Shown here: piece by piece, positions 1-8,326 of the stretch
Layout: every line of letters starts with the position of its first letter
How positions within the stretch are numbered: the first letter of the stretch is position 1
From: Planctomycetaceae bacterium
Lineage (GTDB): Bacteria; Planctomycetota; Phycisphaerae; Phycisphaerales; SM1A02
Direction: 5' to 3'
Length of the DNA stretch: 64,000 nt
Assembly: GCA_947492385.1 (NCBI GenBank)
Contig: CANLMX010000007.1
Location: 4,877-68,876 of the forward strand
Notes under the pieces: generated by a model
What the model was told of the DNA's origin: nothing
The model's database searches: none
The model's input: only the letters and a program-made list of their open reading frames with translations
Made by a program: the position numbers and the translations under genes

Positions 1-108
1 CCATTCGGGCTGCTGCAGCGTCGGCCGCGCGCGCCACGAGGAGGGCGACCACCCGTCGACGGCGAACGTGCGCGGCGCGGCGGACGGATCGGTGCGGGGA
101 ACGCTCAT
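1..108 (-). CDS. class II 3-deoxy-7-phosphoheptulonate (DAHP) synthase, first 36 codons only (gene continues off the window)
   Basis: Too short for the ORF track. The reverse strand from ATG at 108 reads MSVPRTDPSAAPRTFAVDGWSPSSWRARPTLQQPEW. The W-x-P-x-SWR...P...QQPEW stretch is the characteristic N-terminus of class II DAHP synthases. Confidence 0.4.
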   Translation of the reverse strand, partial: MSVPRTDPSAAPRTFAVDGWSPSSWRARPTLQQPEW

Positions 109-122
109 GGGCTGCCTTCGAA

Positions 123-206
123 TGCGGGCGACAGGACTTGAACCTGCACGGGGTTGCCCCCATCAGAACCTAAATCTGATGCGTCTGCCAATTCCGCCAC
201 GCCCGC
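123..206 (-). tRNA. tRNA-Leu (anticodon UAG), 84 nt, long variable arm, CCA not encoded
   Basis: The reverse complement folds as a cloverleaf. Acceptor GCGGGCG/CGCCCGC; anticodon stem UCAGA/UCUGA with loop UUUAGGU (anticodon UAG); variable arm UGGGGGCAACCCCGUG; T arm CAGG-UUCAAGU-CCUG; discriminator A. Confidence 0.85.
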
Positions 207-249
207 GCGCGGACTCCCGGGATCGTACGCGCGCGCGGGGCGCCGCCGG

Positions 250-1275
250 TCACAGCAGCTTCATCCGCCGCATGACCACGATCAGGCCCAGCACGATGGC
301 GAGCGCCGCGATCCAGAACCCGCCGTATCCCCACGCCCACTTCAGCTCGGGGATGACCTCGAAGTTCATGCCGTAGACGCCGCAGAGGAAGGTGAGCGGC
401 AGGAAGATCACGCTCACGACCGTGAGCTTGCCCATCACCTTGTTGGTGCGGTGCGCCACCATCGACATGTAGTTGTTCAGCGCTCCCGAGAGCACGTCGC
501 GGTCGACGAGCACGTCCTGCAGCACGCGCTCGACCGTACCGACCATGTTGGCGAGGTACGGCTGCGTGGCCTCGCTGACGAACGTCGACTTGCGGGAGGA
601 GAGATCCGTGAGCACGGCGCGCGCCGGCAGCACCACCTTGCGAAGGTGCAGCAGATCGACGCCGAGCTCCGACGCCTCGCCGAAGATCGACTCGTCCGCG
701 TCGCCCACGAGCGCGCGCTGCACGGCCTCGACGCGATCCTCGAACGCCTTGTGGACGTTCAGGTAGTTGTCGATCAGGTGGTCCCAGAGCTCGTAGAGCA
801 GGAAGCTCGGGCTCTGCGCGTGGCGCATGAAGTCGGACCGGTACTCGCGGCGCACGGCGGCCAGGAACTGCGGCTGCCCGCGCCGGAGCGTCAGCATGAA
901 CCGCTCGCCGAAGAGCACGTCAACGCGCTCGAGGTCGAACGACCGGTCGCGCAGCCGGCACCCCGTGAGCACGAGGTGGATGAAGTCCTCGTACCGCGCG
1001 ATCTGCGTGGCGGGCTCGCGGCTTTGCGCGTCCTCGAAGAGGTCCGCGGGGCACAGCCCGAGCGACTCGACGAACCGCCGCGCCTCGTCGGCACGCGCGA
1101 GGTTGACGTCGATCCACACGAAGCGGCCGGCGTCCATGGCGCCACGCGCGTCCGACGGCTCGATGGACGGACACTCCTTGGTCCGGAAGTCGAATGAGAC
1201 GGCGGTCGCGACCGGCTCCTGGGCGGAAGCGGCCGTGTCGGGGCCGGGAACGTTCGTTGGCGGTTGGTTGGTCAT
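250..1275 (-). CDS. corA: CorA-family Mg2+/Co2+ transporter
   Basis: 341-aa ORF. The C-terminus has two TM helices flanking the GMN signature (LCGVYGMNFEVIPELKWAWGYGGFWIAALAIVLGLIVV). Confidence 0.85.
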   Translation of the reverse strand: MTNQPPTNVPGPDTAASAQEPVATAVSFDFRTKECPSIEPSDARGAMDAGRFVWIDVNLARADEARRFVESLGLCPADLFEDAQSREPATQIARYEDFIHLVLTGCRLRDRSFDLERVDVLFGERFMLTLRRGQPQFLAAVRREYRSDFMRHAQSPSFLLYELWDHLIDNYLNVHKAFEDRVEAVQRALVGDADESIFGEASELGVDLLHLRKVVLPARAVLTDLSSRKSTFVSEATQPYLANMVGTVERVLQDVLVDRDVLSGALNNYMSMVAHRTNKVMGKLTVVSVIFLPLTFLCGVYGMNFEVIPELKWAWGYGGFWIAALAIVLGLIVVMRRMKLL

Positions 1276-1341
1276 TGCGTGCGTGGATCTGCCGCGAGCA
1301 TATCCCCCGCCCTTCCCGGCTCGGCCCTAGACTCCGCGCCC

Positions 1342-2130
1342 ATGACCCCGAGCCAGTTCGCAGCGACGAACATCCTGCCGCTCCTGGCCCGGCTCGTCCT
1401 CTGCCTGGCGTTCCTGCCGCAGGGTTGGAACAATCTGATGCGCGACGTGGAGTACACCGGCCCCGAAGCCCGCCGGCTTCGCGAACTCGGCGTGCGAGGC
1501 ATCACCGACCCGGACCCCGCGAAGTCGGACGTCGCGCTCGGGGCCGTGCGCGGATGGGCCTCCGAGCCGTGGCAATCGCCACCCGAGCCGTCCGCCGCGC
1601 CGGCCACGGATGCCCCGCAACCCGCAGAGCCCGCGACAAACTCCGCACCGTCGCCCGGGGCCGCGGCCCCGGCGGCCCCCGCGACACCCACGACCGTCCC
1701 GTCGGCGACCCCCTCGGCCGCCGCGCCCGCGCGTGCCAGCGCCTTCGCGCCGCTTACGCAACGGGGCCTCTACACGCTGGCGCTCCTCGTCGATCGCGCG
1801 TCGATCCCCTTCCCGGTGGAACTCGCCTGGGGCGCGGCAGCGGTGCAGCTCGTCGGCGGCGTGTGCGCGCTGCTCGGCATGTTCACGCGCGTGTGGGGCC
1901 TGCTGATGTCCGTGATGCTCGCGGGCCTCTTCGTGATGACGGCGCTCCCGGGCCTCAAGTCGAGCGGGCCGTTCGCGATGGGCGCCGACCTTTCGAACCT
2001 GGTGTTCGCGCAACTCGGGCTCTTCGTCCTGGCGCTCGGCCTGTTCCTGATCGGCCCCGGCGCCATGAGCCTCGACCGCGCCATCTTTCGGCGTTCCCGT
2101 CGCTCGGGCGCGAAGCCAAAGCAGGCATGA
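1342..2130 (+). CDS. DoxX-family membrane protein with a long Pro/Ala-rich insert
   Basis: In-frame ATG at 1342 (MTPSQFAATNILPLLARLVLCLAFLPQGWNNL). Hydrophobic segments are typical of DoxX (LVGGVCALLGMFTRVWGLL...FAQLGLFVLALGLFLIGPGAMSLD). The stop overlaps the next start (ATGA at 2127-2130). Confidence 0.65.
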   Translation: MTPSQFAATNILPLLARLVLCLAFLPQGWNNLMRDVEYTGPEARRLRELGVRGITDPDPAKSDVALGAVRGWASEPWQSPPEPSAAPATDAPQPAEPATNSAPSPGAAAPAAPATPTTVPSATPSAAAPARASAFAPLTQRGLYTLALLVDRASIPFPVELAWGAAAVQLVGGVCALLGMFTRVWGLLMSVMLAGLFVMTALPGLKSSGPFAMGADLSNLVFAQLGLFVLALGLFLIGPGAMSLDRAIFRRSRRSGAKPKQA

Positions 2131-3143
2131 GCGAACCCGCCGCGGACACGGGCACCCACGCCGAGGCCGGCATCGCGCCGCGAAGCCCGGTCGTCGCCGT
2201 GCTCGCATCCACGGTGTTCCACGTGGCGATCGCGGCCGCGCTGGCAGCGATGGGCGTGACCGCCGCGCGCGCGATGCGCCGCGAGGCTCCGCCCGTGCTG
2301 GTCGCCGAATGGACGCCTCCCCCGCCGCCCGGAGTGGTGCCCGCCCCGCCCGAACTGCCCGTGCCCGGCGGCTCGCCGATGCACATGGGCCCGGCAGGGC
2401 GCGCCAAGGTGGACGCGGCCTCCGCCGCACGCGCCGCAGCTGACCGACTGGCCCGGATGGCACCCGAGCCGGCGGGGCCATCGGCGCCGGCCCCCCGCAT
2501 CGCGACGGGACTCGGCTTCGAGGACGTGCCATCGGGCAGCTTCCGGGCCGCCAGCTTCGCCACCGACCGTGCGCGCGTCGCGTTCGTGGTGGACGCGGGC
2601 GGTCGCCTGCTCGGGGCGCTGCCTGCCGCGCGCTCGGTGCTTGCGCAGCGCCTGGCCGCGCTCGACGCGCAGCAGCGGTTCGTGCTCGTGGTCGCGCGGG
2701 GCGGCGGGGTCGAGACGGCGCCGGGCACGCCGGCCCTGGCGACGCGAGGCAACGTGGCCGCCGCGCTCGCCTGGTTCACCGAGCGCGCGGCCCCGGGCGG
2801 CACCGCGGACCTCGGCGCCGCGCTCGAACGCGCGTGGGACGGGTTCAGCCCCGACGCCGTGTGCATCGTCGCGCGCGGCGTGCCTGCATCGCGCCGACCG
2901 GCAGCACGCTCGCCCTTCGCCGGGCTCGCGCCCGCGGCCGACCGACTGAATCCGCCGGGCCCAGGGGGGGCGCGCGCGGCGTCGTTCCTCTGCATCGAGC
3001 TCGCCGACGCATCGGCGGATGGGATGCTCCGCTCCGTGGGAACCGCGCACGGCGGGACTGCGGGCTACCTTCTCCTCGACCGCGCGGCGCTGGGCCTGGT
3101 GCCCGCGCGGCGCCCCGCATCGGCGACGCAACGATCACCATGA
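2127..3143 (+). CDS. membrane-anchored protein with TonB-like topology (TM anchor plus Pro-rich spacer) and a vWA-like C-terminal domain with a degenerate MIDAS
   Basis: ATG at 2127. N-terminal TM segment VVAVLASTVFHVAIAAALAAMGV, then EWTPPPPPGVVPAPPELPVPGG. The C-terminal alternating beta/alpha pattern (VAFVVDAGGRL ... FVLVVARGG ... GGTADLGAALERAW ... AVCIVARG) resembles a von Willebrand A fold lacking DxSxS. It sits directly upstream of exbB with an ATGA overlap. Confidence 0.55.
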   Translation: MSEPAADTGTHAEAGIAPRSPVVAVLASTVFHVAIAAALAAMGVTAARAMRREAPPVLVAEWTPPPPPGVVPAPPELPVPGGSPMHMGPAGRAKVDAASAARAAADRLARMAPEPAGPSAPAPRIATGLGFEDVPSGSFRAASFATDRARVAFVVDAGGRLLGALPAARSVLAQRLAALDAQQRFVLVVARGGGVETAPGTPALATRGNVAAALAWFTERAAPGGTADLGAALERAWDGFSPDAVCIVARGVPASRRPAARSPFAGLAPAADRLNPPGPGGARAASFLCIELADASADGMLRSVGTAHGGTAGYLLLDRAALGLVPARRPASATQRSP

Positions 3144-3904
3144 AGACCACCCACCCCCGCACCGTCATCGCCGCCGCCTGCGCGGCATTCCTCGCGTTCG
3201 CGGGCCCTGCACTCGCCGAGTCGAGCTTCGGGACCGCGTTCTTCGTCAGCATGGACCGGACCACCGACGGCGAGGTCCGCGTCGATTGGATCGGCAGCGC
3301 GATGATCTGGGTGCTCATCGCGATGAGCGTGGCGAGCGTCGCGCTCATCTGGATCGCGTTCGCGTCGAACCGTACCGAGGACATCATGCCTCCCGAGGAA
3401 GCCGCGGCGCTCCGGCGCGCGATCGACGACGGGCGGTTCGCCGAAGCGCTCGACGCCAGCCGCTCGAAGGGCGGCGACTACGGCCGCATGCTCCACGCGG
3501 CGCTCGAGGCCGCGCCCGGCGGCCATGATGCAATGCTGCGCGCCACCGAGTCCGCGGCGGACGAGCTCGTCGTGGCGCGACTCCGGAGGATCGAGGTGCT
3601 GAACGTGTTCGGGCAAGTCGCACCGATGATCGGACTCTTCGGCACGGTCTACGGCATGATCGTCGCGTTCTTCACGATCGCACGCATGGGCGGAACGGCC
3701 GACCCCGTGGCGCTGGCGGGCGGGATCGGAACGGCGCTGGTGACCACCTTCTGGGGACTGCTCATCGCGATCCCCGCGCTCGGGTCGTTCGCGATCGTCC
3801 GTAACCGGATCGACGCGGCCGGCGCCGCCGCAAGCCGTGAGGTCGAGCGGACGGTGGCCCGGTTCCGCCCCGCCGACGCCACGAACGTGCGGGCGAACGC
3901 CTGA
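3140..3904 (+). CDS. exbB: MotA/TolQ/ExbB proton-channel protein
   Basis: ATG at 3140 overlaps the upstream stop. Signal-like N-terminus. Conserved C-terminal core LNVFGQVAPMIGLFGTVYGMIVAF...GGIGTALVTTFWGLLIAIPAL. Confidence 0.85.
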   Translation: MKTTHPRTVIAAACAAFLAFAGPALAESSFGTAFFVSMDRTTDGEVRVDWIGSAMIWVLIAMSVASVALIWIAFASNRTEDIMPPEEAAALRRAIDDGRFAEALDASRSKGGDYGRMLHAALEAAPGGHDAMLRATESAADELVVARLRRIEVLNVFGQVAPMIGLFGTVYGMIVAFFTIARMGGTADPVALAGGIGTALVTTFWGLLIAIPALGSFAIVRNRIDAAGAAASREVERTVARFRPADATNVRANA

Positions 3905-4389
3905 TGCGCGCAAGCCGCATCCACTCCCGAGGTCCCGCGCACATCGAGGCGCAGCTGACGCCGCTCATCGACATGGCGTTCCTGCTGATCGTGTTCTTCG
4001 TGCTGGTGGGCCAGGTGGCAAGTGCGGAGTTCGTCGAGCTGTCGCTGCCCCGCACGGCCTCGGACGCGCCGGGGCGTCCGGGCGACGCACAGCGGCTGGT
4101 CGTGAACGTGGTGCCTGCGCGCGACAGCGGCGCCGCCGCGTACCGGCTGGGACGTCGCGAGTTCGGGCCCGATGCCGGGGGGCTCGCCGAGCTCGCGCGC
4201 ACGCTCGCGGAGGCGATCCGCGCGAAGCCCGCGCTCGAGGTCAACGTGCGGGCGGACCGCGCCACGGCGTACTCGTGGGTACGGCCGGCGATGGACGCGG
4301 TCTCCGACGCGCTGGCGCTCAGCGGCGTCGACCGGTCGCGGGTCCGGGTCCGGCTGGTGGTCCTGCCCGCGGGAGGCGGCGATGGCTGA
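3904..4389 (+). CDS. exbD: ExbD/TolR biopolymer transport protein
   Basis: 161 aa. N-terminal signature QLTPLIDMAFLLIVFFVLVG followed by a periplasmic domain. 1-nt overlap with the exbB stop (TGATG). Confidence 0.85.
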   Translation: MRASRIHSRGPAHIEAQLTPLIDMAFLLIVFFVLVGQVASAEFVELSLPRTASDAPGRPGDAQRLVVNVVPARDSGAAAYRLGRREFGPDAGGLAELARTLAEAIRAKPALEVNVRADRATAYSWVRPAMDAVSDALALSGVDRSRVRVRLVVLPAGGGDG

Positions 4390-5005
4390 TGCGACGGCGG
4401 CAGAGGACCGCGCGCGCACGCTCGGGGCGCTGGAACGCCTGGCGGCCACCGCCCGTGAAGGTGGGCCCGCGCAGGCGCGCACGCTGCCCGGGCGGCCGTC
4501 GCGCCGACGCGCGCGCGGCGTCGGCACGACGTTGCGGACCAACCTGACGCCGATGATCGACGTCGTGTTCCTGCTCCTCATCTTCTATATGGCGACGACG
4601 CGCTGGGGAACCGACGAGCGCGTGATCGCGATGGACCTGGCCCGCCGCACCGCGCAGGCTCCGGCGGCCGATGGCGCCGCGCCGGCGCCCGCGCCTGCGC
4701 GCGACCCGTTCGCGCTCGACGACGAATCGCTCCGCATCGAGGTGCTCGCGGACGGATCGGTCCGCGCGGGCACCCCGCTCGGACGCACCATGAGACTGAC
4801 CGAGCTGCGCGAGTTGCTCGCACGCGAATGCCGCGGGGTCGGCAGCCCGGGCGGCATGTTCGAGCCGTCGTTCCCGATCGTCGTGGCCCCGGCGGAGGAT
4901 GCCCCCTGGGAGGCCGCGGTCGCGGTGCTCGACGCGGCCACCGCTGCCGGGTACCGAAACGTCGGGTTCGAACGGCGCACCGCACCCGCGGGGGCAGCGC
5001 GGTGA
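4382..5005 (+). CDS. exbD: ExbD/TolR biopolymer transport protein (second copy, extended N-terminus)
   Basis: In-frame ATG at 4382. Signature NLTPMIDVVFLLLIFYMATT. 8-nt overlap with the upstream gene. Confidence 0.8.
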   Translation: MADATAAEDRARTLGALERLAATAREGGPAQARTLPGRPSRRRARGVGTTLRTNLTPMIDVVFLLLIFYMATTRWGTDERVIAMDLARRTAQAPAADGAAPAPAPARDPFALDDESLRIEVLADGSVRAGTPLGRTMRLTELRELLARECRGVGSPGGMFEPSFPIVVAPAEDAPWEAAVAVLDAATAAGYRNVGFERRTAPAGAAR

Positions 5006-7266
5006 GCGTGCACTCGCGCGGCACCGCCGCGGCGGTCGTGCTCGTCGCGTCCCTTGCGGGAGCGGGATGGACGCAGGAACCCGCGGCCGCACCGACGCTC
5101 GATGACGTCGCGCGCACGGTCGACTCCGCGCGCGCCGATGCACGGCGCGAATTCGGCACGGATGCGGCGGCCGCGGCGGCCTACGCTCGGCTCCGCCGGC
5201 TTCGCGAGCCCCTGCTCGAGGCGGCTGACCCACGCCGTGCCATCTGGCAAGCCGACGCCGCCGAGGATGCGCTGACCCTGGGGCTGGGCGCCGACGGCTC
5301 CGGCATCGCGTCCATCGTGGGCCTTGCCGACGACGCGCAGCGCGCACGCGCGGCCGAGCTCATGCGGGAGGCGCTGGCGCGCGTGCGCGACGCCGATGCG
5401 GCGGCTCGCGAGGTGCTGGCCGACGGAAGCGCGGACCCCGAGCTCATGCGGCGGCTCGACGACGTGGAGTTGGTGCGGCGGATCCCGCTGGTGCGTGCGT
5501 GCGCCGCGACGCTCGCGGCGTGGGCGGGCGCGCTGCCGGAGGCCGATGCGCCCGGAATCACCGCGTCCGCGGCCGCGCGGCTCGAGTCGCTCCGCCCGGG
5601 CGTGCCGCCCGCGGCCCGGCCGCTCGCCGAGACGTGCCTCGGGCTTGCGCTCGCCAAGGGTGACCGCCGCGCGGAGGCGCCGGCCATCCTCCAGCCCATC
5701 TTCGCGGACGCCCGCGTCGCGCAGGGCCTTCGCCTGCTTGCCATCGCCGGCTCGGTGGACGCGAGCGCCCCGGACGCCGCGGGGCGCCGCCGCACGCTCG
5801 ACGCGCTGCGCGGGCGCGCGGCGCCGGGGCTCGACGACCAGGGTCGGCTGCTGCTGGGCGATCTGGACTACCGCCTTGCCCGAGCCGCGGCGCTCGACGC
5901 CACGGCGGGCGCACGCCCGATGCCCGCGCCGTGGACCGGGTGGCTCGACGCCGTGACCGCCGCGTCGCCTGCGACGCGCGAGTCGGTGCGGATGGCCGCA
6001 CTTGGACGCATCGCGCGCCACGCCGAGGGGCTCGACGACGCGGTCGCGCGTGCGGCCCGTGCGCTGGCCCAGTCGCGCGAACCGGCCACCCGCGCCGCCG
6101 GGGTGGACGCCCTGCGCGCAGCGGTCGCCGATCCTGCCCTCGACGAGCGCGTGCGGCCCGCGGCGATGCTGGGCCTCGGGCGTGCGCTGCTTCTTCAAGG
6201 CAGCCCGGCCGAGGGCGCACGTGCGCTGCTCGACTACGCGCGCGCCTGCCCGGCGGAGCCGTCGTCGCGCCACGCGATCGACGCGGCGGTCTCCGCGGCA
6301 CGGGGCACCGGCGACGCCGCGCTGCTGTCGGACGTTCTCACGACCGCCGTCGCGCGATTCCCCGACCACCCCGACCACGGCGCATGGCGCGTCGAGCTGG
6401 CGGCGGTCTCGCTGAGCCCCGACGCCCCCGCCGCCGCGCGCGAGCCGGCCGCGGTCCGGGCCGCACGCGCGCTCGACGCGCTCGACCGCGCCGACCGCGG
6501 CTCGATGCCCGACCCCGCCATGCGCGCGGACCTCGCCATCGCGGCAGCCGACGCGCTCTCGGAGCAGTCGGCGCCCGACCGGGCCATCGCGGTGCTCGAC
6601 CGCGTAGCGACCGACGCGGCACTCCCGAACGCCCTGCGCGACCGCCTGCTCGAGGAGCGGATCCGCGCCCTCACGCTCTCGGGCCGCGGCATCGAGTCGG
6701 ACGCACGGGTCGCGGGTGCCGTGCGCGCCGATCCCGTCGCCGCGGCCGACGCCGCCGCCCGTGTCCTGCGGCGGATGAGCGCCGTCGACCTCGGCACCCT
6801 CGCATCCGAACGTCCGGACGAACGTCGCGCGGCCGAGACCGGGCGGCTCGCCACCGCCATCGGACGGATGGCGCCTCCCTCGCCCGACCGCGACGAGGTG
6901 CTCGCGCGCGCCCTGGTGTCGGCGGGGCTGCACGGCGACGCGCTGCCCGTCGCGCGCCGCGCGATCGCGGCGCGCGGCGAGCGGGCCGACCTGCTGCTGG
7001 CGCTTGCCGAGGCGCTGTGGGGCATCGGCGCGCCGGACGGCCTTGCAGAGGCGATGGCGGCCTACGACCGCGTCGCCCGCAGCGTGCCGGAGCGCTCGGC
7101 GTCGTGGTGGCTCTGCCAGCTTCGGCGGCTGCAGGTGCTCGACCGAACGGGCCGGTCGCGCGAGGCGATCGCCCCGCGCATCGCACGGCTGCGCGCCATG
7201 GATGACGCACTCGGCGGGCCTGAGTTCGCCGCGCAGTTCCTCGAACTCGCCGCGCGAAACGGCTGA
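5002..7266 (+). CDS. secreted Ala/Arg-rich all-helical (TPR-like) repeat protein, function unknown
   Basis: GTG at 5002 overlaps the upstream stop (GTGA). Signal peptide VSVHSRGTAAAVVLVASLAGAGW. About 750 aa of helical-repeat-like sequence. It is the last gene of the ExbB/ExbD chain. Confidence 0.6.
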   Translation: MSVHSRGTAAAVVLVASLAGAGWTQEPAAAPTLDDVARTVDSARADARREFGTDAAAAAAYARLRRLREPLLEAADPRRAIWQADAAEDALTLGLGADGSGIASIVGLADDAQRARAAELMREALARVRDADAAAREVLADGSADPELMRRLDDVELVRRIPLVRACAATLAAWAGALPEADAPGITASAAARLESLRPGVPPAARPLAETCLGLALAKGDRRAEAPAILQPIFADARVAQGLRLLAIAGSVDASAPDAAGRRRTLDALRGRAAPGLDDQGRLLLGDLDYRLARAAALDATAGARPMPAPWTGWLDAVTAASPATRESVRMAALGRIARHAEGLDDAVARAARALAQSREPATRAAGVDALRAAVADPALDERVRPAAMLGLGRALLLQGSPAEGARALLDYARACPAEPSSRHAIDAAVSAARGTGDAALLSDVLTTAVARFPDHPDHGAWRVELAAVSLSPDAPAAAREPAAVRAARALDALDRADRGSMPDPAMRADLAIAAADALSEQSAPDRAIAVLDRVATDAALPNALRDRLLEERIRALTLSGRGIESDARVAGAVRADPVAAADAAARVLRRMSAVDLGTLASERPDERRAAETGRLATAIGRMAPPSPDRDEVLARALVSAGLHGDALPVARRAIAARGERADLLLALAEALWGIGAPDGLAEAMAAYDRVARSVPERSASWWLCQLRRLQVLDRTGRSREAIAPRIARLRAMDDALGGPEFAAQFLELAARNG

Positions 7267-7272
7267 GCGTCG

Positions 7273-8181
7273 TCAGTCCTCGAGCGAACGAAGCTCGTCC
7301 CGCAGGATCGCGGCGAGCTCGAAGTTCTCCGCATCCACCGCGCGCCGCAGGCGATCCTCGAGCTCGGACCGCTGGCTTGTCGGAAGGCGCGGAACCAGCG
7401 CGTCGCGCATGCCGCGGAGCAGGTTCGCCTCGTTCGAGCGGTCGAATCCGTCGTGGGGTCCGTGCGCGTCGAAGTGCAGCCGCATCTCGGCGAGCGCGGC
7501 GTCGACGGCCGCGAGCGCCCCACGCGCGTCCGCGACGGCGAGCGCGATCGCGGCCTGCGCACGCGCCCGCATCATCACCACGAAGGGCCGGTACTGCTCC
7601 AGCACCGTGCGGTCGGCGTGGCTCGCGCCATGGTCCCTGCACAGGTCGAACATCCGCAGGTTGCGCATCGTGTCGCGCACCACCGCCTCGTGCTCGCCGA
7701 GCGCGAACAGGGCCACGTAGCGGTGGTAGACCTGAACCCCCTCCTCGCGGAGCCCCTCGCATTCCTTTCCGGACAGTTCGAAGCCCTCGTCGCCTCCGGA
7801 GCGCACGCGGTGCGCGTCGCGGCGCGCGGTGTGCCAGTCGAGCAGCGAGCCGGCCCCGTGCGGCCGCAGTCCGTCGGGGCGCCCCTCGAGCGCCATCTGC
7901 AGGATCCCGAGTTCGAGCCGCACCTGGATCGCACGTCCTCCGGAGGCCGTCCGCACCATGCGGACGGTCGGGCCGTTCCCGCCGACGGGCCACGACTGCA
8001 GCAGTCGGGTCAGGTCGAACTCCGGCCCCAACGAGCCGTCCGGGGACGGCTCTGCACCGTCAGTAACGCCACCCGGATCCCGTGAATCGCCCGATTCCCG
8101 GCCACGGGGCGGGCCCGCGTCTCCCCCGGCCCCCGGAAGGGGCGGTCCGCCTGGGCCGTGATCGTCGTCCGGCAGTTCCAT
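7273..8181 (-). CDS. UVR-domain-containing protein, function unknown
   Basis: 302-aa ORF. The C-terminus RLRRAVDAENFELAAILRDELRSLED matches the UvrB/UvrC (UVR) motif. The N-terminus is low-complexity Gly/Pro/Asp. Confidence 0.6.
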   Translation of the reverse strand: MELPDDDHGPGGPPLPGAGGDAGPPRGRESGDSRDPGGVTDGAEPSPDGSLGPEFDLTRLLQSWPVGGNGPTVRMVRTASGGRAIQVRLELGILQMALEGRPDGLRPHGAGSLLDWHTARRDAHRVRSGGDEGFELSGKECEGLREEGVQVYHRYVALFALGEHEAVVRDTMRNLRMFDLCRDHGASHADRTVLEQYRPFVVMMRARAQAAIALAVADARGALAAVDAALAEMRLHFDAHGPHDGFDRSNEANLLRGMRDALVPRLPTSQRSELEDRLRRAVDAENFELAAILRDELRSLED

Positions 8182-8194
8182 CGGGGAAGGCTCC

Positions 8195-8262
8195 TTGCCG
8201 AAAGTGTGCGATTCGTTCAGGTCCGCGCCAAAGGGGAACCTTGCGATTGCCGAAAGGGTGCG
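8195..8262. promoter_or_regulatory. pair of 16-nt direct repeats in the divergent promoter region between the UVR-domain gene and the sigma factor gene
   Basis: TTGCCGAAAGTGTGCG (8195-8210) and TTGCCGAAAGGGTGCG (8247-8262) differ at 1 position. TGCGATT follows the first copy (8207-8213) and precedes the second (8242-8248). Confidence 0.4.
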
Positions 8263-8326
8263 TACGATGAAGGGCCCAAGTTCCCGAGGATGTGGCCTCG
8301 GGACGGTCCGCTGAATGTGAGGGTGT

